Shown here: in pieces, positions 25,735 through 36,986 of the stretch | Position numbering within the stretch: the stretch's first letter is position 1 | Layout of the letters: each line of letters starts with the position of its first letter | From: Hydrolagus affinis | Lineage: Eukaryota | NCBI GenBank assembly: GCA_012026655.1 | Contig: JAAILG010000200.1 | Coordinates: 1 to 64,000, forward strand | Length of the DNA stretch: 64,000 nt | Direction: 5' to 3' | The notes under the pieces: model-generated | Database searches by the model: none | Told to the model about the DNA's origin: nothing | Seen by the model: the letters and a program-made list of their open reading frames with translations, nothing else | Translations under genes and position numbers: made by a program

Positions 25735-25830
25735 GTAGTAATATAATGATAATCCTTGCATTTGATATCGCGCCTTATCACAACGTTGAGACATCTCAAA
25801 GCGCTTGACTGTATAGTTTGTGGGTGAAAT
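25735..25830 (-). mobile_element. SINE 3' fragment
   Basis: ataatccttgcatttgatatcgcgccttatcacaacgttgagacatctcaaagcgctt...tttgtgggtgaaa. Confidence 0.85.
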
Positions 25831-27292
25831 CATTCTTCACGTGCAAGACTGGACAGTGATTATTTACGGGTAGCTGGGCAAAGAATGCCACACAAGGTCC
25901 ATCCTGACACTGTGTAGATTGTGTAGATTGAGAGCCCATTTGGGGGTAAGACATTAGTTTACAGATGTGTGCCTCCCCAGTAGGGCTCACGCGTTAACAT
26001 TGTTTGATTGTCTGCTCCATAGTGTAGGAACGTTGATGTCAAAGGAAACCCTCCTCATTACCAACCAATGATCCAAACCCGAGATCTTCTCCTATGGGTC
26101 TATTGATCCCGCACGCCACGGAGATGTCCTAGCCCAATATTTTCTAGTATTCTTTTTAATTAGTTCTACGTGTTTTGTGAGGATGGAACTGTTTCGTTTC
26201 TACGCGCCATAAATCCATCAGAACATCCGTGAAGAAAATCTGTGAACGCCTCAACTGGATCTGTGTTGGAGTGGAAAATCTTCTTTACATTTTCGCCAGT
26301 CGAATCGGATATATATATATGTGTGTGTGTATATATAAAAAAAACACATCTACTTAATTTGCAAACCAGAAACTGGGTAGCAATGTTAAAGTGGTTCTGG
26401 GGAGAGTGGTGGGGGGGGGGGGGGGAGGAGGGGAGGTTGGGGGCAGAGATGCAATTTACCACAATTAAAAATGGGTGAATCATGATAGGACAAGATGAGC
26501 AAATTTCCATTTGATCCATCTGATATTTCACATGCGGCGTTTTGCATGAGGGGGGCATGATACTCTGATGTATTCGCCAATCTACCTCTCCCACCCCGAG
26601 TCCTGCTCGTTTCACTGTCGAGGAGACGGTCAAGATAATCTGGTGATTTCATTAGTGAGTTGGATGGACTTCCTTCCATTGTAACCGGAACAAATGATGT
26701 TCATCGTCCTTCATTCATTCTCCTCTCGTCTTGGGCAAACTTTTTGTTTTGGTGGTTGTGAGGGGCGGGGGTTTAAACGGATCGGCTAATATCTGGATCC
26801 TTGGTTTACTTGATGCTTGAGTTTAACGGGGAAATAAGTTCGTTTTGACCATTCGGGTAGCCACACCTGTGATATAAAAGGGAATATCAAAACCCCCTGG
26901 AAATGTTTATTTTCCATTATTTACCAGTCAGCAGCTAAGTCTTTCTGGGTTACTGAAGGCGAAAGAAGTTGTATTGACATATTCTGTGCTTAGTTGCAGC
27001 TTTCCCGCTGATTTTGGAAACGATTTATTTTCCGTGGGCTTTAATGAACAATTTTCACGCTGTGGTTGCTAAGAAATGAACTGGCTCATCACATATTTCA
27101 ATGCGACTGTTTAAATATTTGGTTTCATATGCACCGTCTACTTTTGCAGATTGTAAATATTTATGAAACATCAAACTAATGTTATTACATATTAGCGGGA
27201 TTGTGTGTTTATCTCATGTACAATACGTTAAACTGAAGTCGCGAACCAGTCAAAAAACAAGCCCGTTTGTGGGAGGTAATTAATGAGCCGCT

Positions 27293-27305
27293 CCACTAGG
27301 TGGCG
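27293..27305 (+). promoter_or_regulatory. Candidate CTCF site
   Basis: CCACTAGGTGGCG closely matches the CTCF core motif. Motif match only. Confidence 0.5.
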
Positions 27306-30300
27306 GTGCCTGCATTGCTTGGGAACAGGTCTGTTACATTGGGAGATGGTGTCAGGAACTATACCAGGGAACCTGACTTGGCGGCCGACACGTTTATTTC
27401 ACACCCACCCCCCACTCCCATCCCCCTACCCTCAAATTGTCTTTGTTTTCATCTGCGAAGCATTCATATGTTCTTCTGAAAGCAAACGACGTTTCCGTCC
27501 GTGTTTAAGAACTTACACAACGTTTGCAATGATTTTGCTTAACGCTATAAATCACCAGTAAATCAAACGGTCGAGCCAGCTTTTTTTTAACTAAAGAAAA
27601 AGTATGTTTATTTAAGAAAGCCTGGTTTAAACATCTATTTGCTAATCATGGAATTGAGTACAGTTTCCCAGTGGTAGAGTGGGAGACTATAAGTGTTACA
27701 GTTCTTTTTTTCTGGTAAACAATGTATATCAGGTTTTTCTAGAAAAAAAAGAGATATAAATCTTTGCTATTGTTGAAACCTTTAGTGATTGTAATAATTG
27801 CAGATGATTTTAGTTATATTGTACAAGCGGATCTTTATTTTCTGGGACTCGATTCACGGTTCACCAGAATCTACTTGGAAGGGGGTGTGTGGAGGGGGGG
27901 GGGTGGGTGTGGAGGGGGGGAGGTGGGGGTAAGAAAAAAAAGTCCGTATCCCAATTAGCAATAATGGATATAAACCCTGTTTTGCTTCGAATTTGATAAA
28001 TTATATATGATTAGCTATTGTGCAGTTCATGGCGTTGGGAGTGAAGGGATGGATTATTTTAGAACAACGATAGAGCGGCAATTATGTGTTGGTTTCCAGC
28101 GCTTTGTTTATGTTGTGTACCTTGAGCACCGACTGCAACAGGAACGTGTCGAGACAAGCACCTCATTTGGATTATTTGCTGAGAGAGAAACCGCTATAGT
28201 TAGATGTATCACAAAGCGGTGTCACTGTCATTCTGACATTCGCTCTGCTGCAGATGTGACCCGATTTTAATATTTATAATTATTCATATTCGCGTCATGT
28301 AAATCACATCAACACGTTAAGGAGAAAGCGAGCGCGAATAATGATCAAAAATCGACTGGAAATAAAATATTGTTCATCACGCGGTTGATACCAAATGTGG
28401 GGAGTTTTACACGTGTGTGTGTGTGTGTTTTAAAAAAAAATCGTCCTATTTATTGTTTCTAAAGTGATAGGTTTTACAAACCTGGTTACCGTTCTCCGAT
28501 GCAGGAGCTCCGGTTACATAAAAATAGATATTACAAATGGGAATCTGTTCATACCATATTGGTTCATACCAATAAAATAATTTTACAACTTCCAAACGTA
28601 AAAATGTAGCCCTGAATGCAGTTGAAATAGTACTGTTTGCTTTAATATCTCTGTACACAAAAAAAACTCTGTATATAGTCTAGATGGCCTTGATATACAG
28701 TTCAAATGCTCACAACACTGCACTTGGTGGGTTATCAAAAAAATATTAAATATGATTGAAAATTGCCTGAAGCGATATTGAATTCAACGAAATATTAATG
28801 ATTCACGCGTATTTTTGCTGAAATGTTCACTTCTGTCTTCTATTTGGTGCTAATTTCTATCGGAGCACGATTAATTGGTACAGTCGTGCTTTATAGGTTT
28901 ATTTGCATAAGTCGTCATTTTCATTTGAAAACTGAAAGAATCATGGACAGAAATAAGCACAATTAACCGATACATTTTTATTTTTGCCGAATTTCAATTT
29001 GACACCGGTAACGTTGCTTCTTATTCGAACCACATCTCCCATATGATGTGAAATGTGAGTTAAAAATCTTTATCTGCTTAAATGCGAGGTGTAACATCAT
29101 CCGAGTTGATAGTCAATATTTGAAGCCAATCATAATGTTAGCGCAGAGCTTCCAATAAATAAACACACCCGTTCAAACCGGCAGCCTATAGACTTTACCG
29201 TCTGACAGACACAATATTGTAAATTACAAGGTAGCGTTTATTCAAAACACCTTCATTCCTGATCTCCCATTGGGAACACGCATCAACGGAGGACAATATA
29301 GATGCAATAAATATATTTGTAAAATGATTATATATTCAAATTCATCATTTGCAATATAACGGCTGGATTGTATTTATTTATATTGACGGTAAGTTTTTCA
29401 ATTTTCAATAAAAAATAGTCCCGTCGTAGATAAAAAAAAACACAAGTTATAGCGACGCGCTTGAGGGAATCATCGGATCTGTTATCAATTCATCTTTAAT
29501 AACGCCTCCAGTTGTAGCCTAATCACCTGTACGCTTAACACAGATCAAAATAATGTTCTTGTGACACGAATATGACACTGAAGATGTGAGCCCTGAACAT
29601 TGGAGATTTTCCCGTCCGATGTAAACAATCTTTTATTAATGATTTTTAAAAGAAAACAATAATAACTGTTTGCGGCCACCGGATGATCAATCCCTAGAAC
29701 AAATATTCCAAATATTTAAGGGCAGAAACAAAATGAACAATGTAAAAAAGGCCATTCGGTCCATTCAGCCTGTCCCATCATTTAACTATGTTAGGAACCA
29801 AATGTTCCAACAACTTAAACTGAAAATCATTAAATTCGCTGTTTTCCCCAATAATACCATGCGTTATTTATATTTCAAAAATTATTTTTGTTTGTGTATG
29901 AAATAGGATTCTTATATACAAAAGTAAAGAAAACGTGTCCTATTTATTGCCGAGGGGATTTTTTTCTTCAAAAATATGTAACCACTAATTATTCTGAATG
30001 TTTTGCAACAACTGTTTTTTTCAAAGGAATAAACATTCTTATCAATCATATCCTGTGGTATATTTACAGCAAATTCTCCTTTTATCAAGAGAGGTTGTGT
30101 CAAAGGAATCGTCTCAATGTTTCGGGTGGTTTGGTATCTCAAGCAAAATAAATAAAAACTCTTTGCTAATTATAAAGTTATTAAGCAAAATGATTTGCTT
30201 TCTGTCTCCGACTATTATTATTTATGTTTGAAGCCATCAGATAGATTCGGCAGCTTTACAATAATGTTTTCATGGTTTTTTGTTGCATCGTTCTGTATGA

Positions 30301-32413
30301 ATCGACCGTTGGATCACCTTTTTATCCCCTCAGTGTCTGGACCTCGAGCAATGGTATACTAGATGCCACTTACATTTTCTCAACACCTACGCAGTTAATT
30401 ATTCAGTCAGTTGAAATGCGTTTACATGCATGTGAGGTTGTAGTCTCAATACACCAAGTGAACTCAGCGGTTCATGGTCGTTGTCTTGTCACGGCTTAAA
30501 ACGGGGTGTTTGCATGTGTTTTTAATCTCATTTACATCCTGCCCCCAGGCCGTCGACTTTTTAAAAGCGTGCACTTTTTTGGTGTTGGAATAAAGTAGGC
30601 AATAGATTGTACGGATAAAATATCGCAAAACAGCAATATATTGTCCGCAAACGTTTCAGTTTGGCATGTGCTTCATTTAGTCTCCATAGACAATACATAT
30701 ATAATCCTACTCACCACAATCCAGTGATGCTTCTTCTGGCTGAGTCGTTAAATTTTTACTCTGGGTGTTACATTTTCCAATTTTTTTTTGCAAATCAATG
30801 TAATGGTGCGTCAGGTACAATTATACGAGTTAAAATGACACAAGGCGTTGGATTGGAGGCGAATAAGCGGGCCATTCTAGGCTTGTGTGTGTTTTCTCTC
30901 TCTCTATCTCTCTCTCTCTCTGCAGTTTTCAGAATTTTCCCAGTGACACAATGTTATGATGGAAAGATGCTGTAAATGACAGCGCTAGTAAACGCTCGTC
31001 TTAATCATCGGGCTCTTAATTTAGTTTGGTGCTGGTCTTTGTGCTGAGGAGCCGCTGACAACCTACAGGGAGTTAATGAGTGACGAGGCAAGGCTGGTGC
31101 AGTAAAGTAACACTTTCCTGGTGCGAAGACCACTAACTGGGAAGTTTAGTTCACTACTGTTCTCGCAAACCTAATAATATAACCTGTAACAAAAAAAAAC
31201 ACTTAAGGAAAATACAACACGTTAAATACAGAAACTTTCAATCACTAATTATTAGCACCTACAGTCAGTTAGTCGAGTGTGGTGTTTAATTTAGTTACTC
31301 GGAAGAGAACTCAATTATTGGTTCGTTCTAACGTAAATACTGCACGTTTAGATCACTTACGGACGAGGGAGTCATAAAATATACATTTGACGTCTGTCCA
31401 ATCATATCTGCGGCTGTGTTTTTTTTGGTCAAAGTTCGTAACAAATGAATGACCCGCTTTTGTAAAATGTGCAAATTTGGCATTTACTCGAGATGCAACG
31501 CACAAACCATATCACCTTAAGTTAGATGCAGTGTATCGCAAATTTAGCTCTTTGACTTATTCAACGGTAAATGTTATCATTGGTCTTGAAATAATGTCTC
31601 AAATGCTATTTTAATCGAGGACCATATTACGTAACTGCATTACTCACTCGATGCAAAAATTAAATACGCCACTGTTAAAACGTCGACCATTTACGACTTT
31701 CAAATCCTGATTTTATTTGCTTCATGTGTGTAATTCCGATAAAAGTAAGATTTTTTTTAAAAAAAGCTAACAGGACACAGACTGTACATTTATTTGTCCA
31801 ATTTTATTTAATCGCATTTATAAATCCGTTATATAACGCTGCATGAATTAAATATAGTGATCACGATTCGACATTTCTTTCAGGAAAAACTGCAAATGAC
31901 CACAAAGTACATTTTAAAGTAAATCATCCAAATAGACTAAGATGTATTTATGTCAAATAGACTATAGATTGGTGTACAGATCAGGGTTCTCCATGGTTTC
32001 AAGAAAAATAAATAAACTGGAATCCAATTCAATATCAATGTTTTTCTTCTCACTGCGGTTCGAAGATGAACATCTGCAGAGGAGACAAAGAAACACATTG
32101 TTAGAAATCGTGTTCCCATAACTGCAAATATTGCTAGATACATTGTGAAACGTGTCATAATCATTAAAATTACATATATATATATATATATATGCACACA
32201 CAGAGTAATGCAATGAGCCAAATGGTCCTTTCTGGGGCTATCTGGAAAGTGAAAGAAAGCTCTTGTTTTAACCCATGCCCACATCCATCACATAACTGTA
32301 TTACTGTATTTTTTAAAACTTTTTTTTTCCATTTCAGTTCTCTCGTCGGTACGTTAAATGAACGCATTCTAGTCATTGCATAAACTTCTTGTTCCATCAA
32401 ATGGTGAACAACC

Positions 32414-32513
32414 NNNNNNNNNNNNNNNNNNNNNNNNNNNNNNNNNNNNNNNNNNNNNNNNNNNNNNNNNNNNNNNNNNNNNNNNNNNNNNNNNNNNNNN
32501 NNNNNNNNNNNNN
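32414..32513. other. Assembly gap (100 N)
   Basis: Run of exactly 100 N; true size unknown. Confidence 1.
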
Positions 32514-33483
32514 GGGGCAATTTTTTTTAAAAAAATGAAATAATGTCAAACAAGCACAATTAAAAGATTGCAGTGATACAGAACTAGCGCAGTTTGCGTC
32601 TTTCTTTCAGACACTGTTCCAAAATCAGTGTGGAATACACATTTGTAAACGTTTCTAAATTGTTATACAAAAATGTTGATTTAAGTACTGCTAAATCACA
32701 GCAACAACAGAGGTTCAATGCAAACAACAGCTGTGTCTATTTTTTTAAAACAATCCCAATGACGATTTGCGCATATGAGCATGCACTCAGCTAATCTCGC
32801 TTTTTCTTCGTGTTAATCAACACTTTCCTTCCTGCATATCAGAATACAAGCACTATAGTTACTCCACATCAGTAAATGTTTATGTAACCTGTCCTTTCCC
32901 AGGAATCCGGTTACGCTAAATCATTTCACGCAAGAGTGGGTAAGAAAACGAGTGGGCCATGCTATCCTTCAGATTTATATGGAAAAATGTAAGAGAAAGG
33001 TTAACTAATTCTATATTAAAATATGAGTGCGCGCGCAGAGAGGCGGATATACAGCCCCCAAAACAATCTACGACCTTGTACAGATTTCATTGGTGACCTT
33101 TTGGCCTCAGATATGTTGCTGTATTAAAAATGGAGAACTCCAGTAGCGTGTCTAAATGCAATAGCGCGCAGCCACATCAAAGGATTCAAACGTGTAATTT
33201 ACTTTGCAATATCTTAGTCGCTTTTCACAAGTCCAACAAAGTAGGGCTTTTCACTGGAGGCCCTAACCTCCCAACCACCCCGAAACACGGCTATTAATAT
33301 TCAGATTTACCCGCAACACAACGTTTAACACGCTTCTCAATAAGTTCCACATAACATCTTTACCGTCTTGGAGAAGTCGATGTATTACATTATCGAACCG
33401 CCGTGAACATAATTTAAAATATAAACGTTTTTTCTTACATATGTTCATATTTTGTACTTGCTATCGGAAAGGATTATCGAGTC

Positions 33484-33515
<32 letters not shown>

Positions 33516-35229
33516 AGGCAGAGCCACCACCGAGCGTGAGAATCTGTATTTTACTCCCGATATATTAAATTTCAAATGAAAGTATATTTAAAGTAGATAT
33601 CGTATTATGAAACTGTAACAGTAAGAGGCCGCAGACTGTCGCTTCAGCGTTGCAGTGTGCGCTAGGATTGGTTTGGTGGGTTTAATGCTAATGGCTTGGG
33701 CTCCTAAATAGTGCCAGTTAGTTCAACATTTGCACCAAAAAAAAGGCGTTTCGACTTGTACTGATCCCGCCAAAGCCATGGGGGGAAAAAATCATGACCT
33801 CAACAGACATTGGTGCACACAAAGGCGGCCCGTATTGCCCCCCCCCCCCCCCACCACCACCCCCTCAAGTCTAAAGCGATTACTGTATTACGCTAACAAT
33901 GTATAAAATGGTGAGAATTATAAGGCGACCCACAACGCGATCAAATGCGTTTGAAAATATCTGCAGAGATATAATGTCCTCCTTCCGTTATTTTCCCACG
34001 GTTCATAGTGAATAAATATTTAAAGGGAGAAAGATACTGTACAATCGGGATGGAGACCCGTGTGTAACAAACACTGTTTGTTGCGGGTTTTTTTTTCTTA
34101 TAAATAAACCCAGGACAGGCTGATTTGTAACCAGCATGAGAATTCCTACCCCCGTCATTATTGTTCGTTATACTCCCTGTCTCTCTCTCTCTCTCTCTCT
34201 CACCCTCTCTCGACTGTCTTTCTCAACTGCCTTCCGATTATTTCGGAGAAGGCTGCATTCCTCACTAACACTACCGTGTGTGTTAAAAAAAATCAGAAAT
34301 ATAGCCATGAATTATTGACATCATGCAACATCCGCCATTAAGGTGTCAATGTGACTGGCAATGAATGGAAAGAATAAGGTTACATTTCTGCCGGATTATG
34401 GCCAACGTGAGGAAGAGGCGGCCTGGCTCCTGCCTGGCTCTCTCTGCCTTGCCGTGCCTCTCTCTTGCCTTGCCCTTGCCCTGGCTATTGCCTTGCCCGT
34501 GTATCTTAAGCACCCTTTGCCCTTTCCTTTCCTTTCCAACGCGGGATGAGAAGTGAGCAGTTGCCCCTGAAACCATCACACTTGCCTTCGGTCCTCTCGG
34601 CCCCACCACCACCCGATCGCCGCTCTTCTCTTATTTGCAGAGATGGCTCTCCTGCCACAGCTACAATTTACAGCACAAAGTCGAACAAGCCTCCAAATTG
34701 TTCTACACCCAATTGGATTGATTTTTGTTTGTGGGGGGAAAGAGGGGAGGAGGGAGGAGGAGAAGGCAAGAGGGGATTCTGTAACTCAGCAATATTATGT
34801 TTAAAAATCGAACCTCAAAAAAACTGTAGGTAGGGAGGGGGGGGGGGTGTATTTGTATGTAAGGCTTGGTGGGGGGGGCAATAGTTTAAAACCAGCTTGA
34901 AGAATGGGGGATGTTTATTATGGGGAAGGATGAGAGCAGCCTCGGAGGTATAAAGTAGTTCCTCGCTTCATTCCACCCCCCCTCCCCACCCCCACCGACT
35001 CTCGCTTTATGGATTTGCGCAAAACTAACTTTGCAACAATAACGGGACATATCGAGCGGGAGGGGCTGGGAGGGGGCGTGTGTGTGGGGTGGGTGGGGGG
35101 GGGGTGGGGAGGTGAGGCGATCACAACGTGGCTACGATGATGCTGTGAATGGTATTTTTTTAGGTGGGGGGTCTGGGTGGGTGGGGAAGGGAAGGGAGGA
35201 GGTGAGGGAGGTATAGGGAGGGAGAGGGA

Positions 35230-35520
35230 GGCCAAGCCGGGCCGGGTGCTGACTGAGTGAGTGATGCGGTGGCTGCACAGCCCCGGCCTCTGAGGGTGGG
35301 ATTGCTCCGCGTGGTTGCGGTGAGGGGGCGGGGCTGACTGAGCGACTGATTGATTGATTGACAGGCCGGTGGGCGGGAGGGAGGGCCGAGGCGAGGCGCT
35401 GATTGGCCGCGGTCTGGCCGGACGCACGGGCACGCGCGGCGCTCTGATTGGCCGCCTGGTGAAAAGGTTACAGTGAGGGTTTGAGCCGAGCACCGAGTGT
35501 CCGCCTTAACATCACAGCGG
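35230..35520 (+). promoter_or_regulatory. FoxG1 proximal promoter / CpG island (no obvious TATA box)
   Basis: GC/CpG-rich. GC box ggggcgggg at ~35324..35332, TGATTGACAG at 35355..35364, inverted CCAAT boxes (ATTGG) at 35402..35406 and 35447..35451, 300-430 bp upstream of the ATG. TSS not determinable. Confidence 0.75.
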
Positions 35521-35572
35521 CTGAGAGCACAGAGCTGGCGGCGCCCGACCTGCCATTGAGAACATGAAGTAG

Positions 35573-35679
35573 TCTCTCTCTCTCTCTAAATCTCTCTCAA
35601 TCTTTCTCTCTCTCTCTCCCTTTCTACATACACACACACACACACACCTACAACACAGACACACACACACACACACACA
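35573..35679 (+). repeat. Compound (CT)n/(CA)n microsatellite in the putative 5'UTR
   Basis: Interrupted (TC)n at 35573..35617, then (CA)n at ~35625..35679. Confidence 0.95.
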
Positions 35680-35691
35680 TATGCAAACTAC

Positions 35692-35751
35692 ATGAGTTGC
35701 CAGCGATTGCAATCCAACTGTGCCGCTGCAGTTTCTTTCACCCGTGTGTGA
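35692..35751 (+). other. 19-codon upstream ORF ([19 protein letters not shown]) whose TGA overlaps the FoxG1 ATG
   Basis: ATG at 35692..35694 is open to TGA at 35749..35751; the A of TGA is the A of the main ATG. Reading frame seen directly; translation not shown. Confidence 0.6.
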
Positions 35752-36986
35752 TGTTGGACATGGGAGATAAGAAAGAAGTGAAAATGATCCCCAAGTCGTC
35801 GTTCAGCATAAACAGCCTGGTGCCCGAAGCGGTTCAGAATGACAACAACCATCACCACCGACCGGCCCCCGACGACGAGGACAAGAACGTTTTGCCAGCC
35901 TTGGAGTCAAAGTCTGAAAACATTCCCAGCAAAACTGACAGCAGCTCCGGGGAGCAGCCCTGCGCGGAAGAGAAGGAGAAGCAGGAAGAGAAAAAGGCAG
36001 ACGGTAAAGAAGGGGATGGTGGAAAGGAAGGGGAAAAGAAAAATGGCAAGTACGAAAAGCCTCCGTTCAGTTATAACGCGCTGATCATGATGGCCATCCG
36101 GCAGAGTCCGGAAAAAAGATTGACATTGAATGGGATCTACGAATTTATCATGAAAAATTTCCCCTATTACAGAGAGAACAAGCAGGGCTGGCAAAACTCC
36201 ATCAGACATAACTTGAGTCTCAACAAATGTTTCGTGAAAGTTCCGAGGCATTACGATGATCCTGGGAAGGGAAACTACTGGATGTTAGATCCATCGAGTG
36301 ACGATGTGTTTATAGGTGGCACCACAGGAAAACTCCGGAGGAGGTCCACAACATCAAGAGCAAAGTTGGCTTTCAAGCGAGGAGCGCGCCTCACTTCTAC
36401 TGGACTGACATTTATGGATAGGGCAGGTTCTCTATATTGGCCTGTATCTCCATTCCTATCCCTCCATCATCCCCGGGCAAGCAGCGCCTTGAGTTATAAT
36501 GGAACCACCTCACCTTATCCGAGTCACCCGATGTCCTATAGCTCGGTGTTAACTCAGAACTCTCTGGCGAACAACCACTCGTTTCCAACTTCAAATGGGT
36601 TAAGCGTAGATAGACTTGTAAACGGAGATATTCCTTATGCCACCCACCACCTAACGGCAGCGGCTGCCCTGGCTGCCTCGGTGCCCTGTGGTTTGTCTGT
36701 TCCGTGTTCAGGCACGTATTCCTTAAACCCATGCTCAGTGAATCTTCTGGCAGGACAGGCGAGTTATTTTTTCCCTCATGTTCCTCACCCTGCAATGACT
36801 TCTCAAAGCAGCACTTCAATGTCGGCCAGGGCAGCGTCCTCCACATCTCCACAGGCGCCTTCAGCTCTTTCCTGTGAGTCTCTAAGACCCTCTTTGCCAA
36901 GTTTCTCCACAGGACTTTCTGGAGGGCTTTCTGATTACTTCACACATCAAACCCAGGGCTCCTCTTCAAACCCTCTAATACACTAA
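35751..36986 (+). CDS. foxg1: Forkhead box protein G1 (411 aa, single coding exon)
   Basis: N-terminus [31 protein letters not shown], forkhead domain from [31 protein letters not shown] (36057) to [24 protein letters not shown], and C-terminus [20 protein letters not shown] are all diagnostic of vertebrate FoxG1. The ORF-track start (TTG 35697) is upstream of the conserved Met. Confidence 0.99.
   Translation: MLDMGDKKEVKMIPKSSFSINSLVPEAVQNDNNHHHRPAPDDEDKNVLPALESKSENIPSKTDSSSGEQPCAEEKEKQEEKKADGKEGDGGKEGEKKNGKYEKPPFSYNALIMMAIRQSPEKRLTLNGIYEFIMKNFPYYRENKQGWQNSIRHNLSLNKCFVKVPRHYDDPGKGNYWMLDPSSDDVFIGGTTGKLRRRSTTSRAKLAFKRGARLTSTGLTFMDRAGSLYWPVSPFLSLHHPRASSALSYNGTTSPYPSHPMSYSSVLTQNSLANNHSFPTSNGLSVDRLVNGDIPYATHHLTAAAALAASVPCGLSVPCSGTYSLNPCSVNLLAGQASYFFPHVPHPAMTSQSSTSMSARAASSTSPQAPSALSCESLRPSLPSFSTGLSGGLSDYFTHQTQGSSSNPLIH

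Noticed and set aside
1833-25830. Excess of minus-strand SINE fragments upstream of FoxG1
   Set aside because: About 9 minus versus 3 plus is too few to distinguish from chance.
34918-35493. 191-aa Pro-rich minus-strand ORF
   Set aside because: By-product of G-rich promoter sequence with few stop codons; non-ATG start and low complexity.
35697-35750. 18-aa N-terminal extension of FoxG1 from TTG in the ORF track
   Set aside because: Near-cognate start; known FoxG1 proteins begin at MLDMG (35751), and nothing here supports the extension.
35852-36900. Antisense and alternate-frame ORFs over FoxG1 (35852..36049, 35907..36251, 36412..36900, 35839..36084)
   Set aside because: Shadow ORFs of a real CDS with no recognisable motifs.
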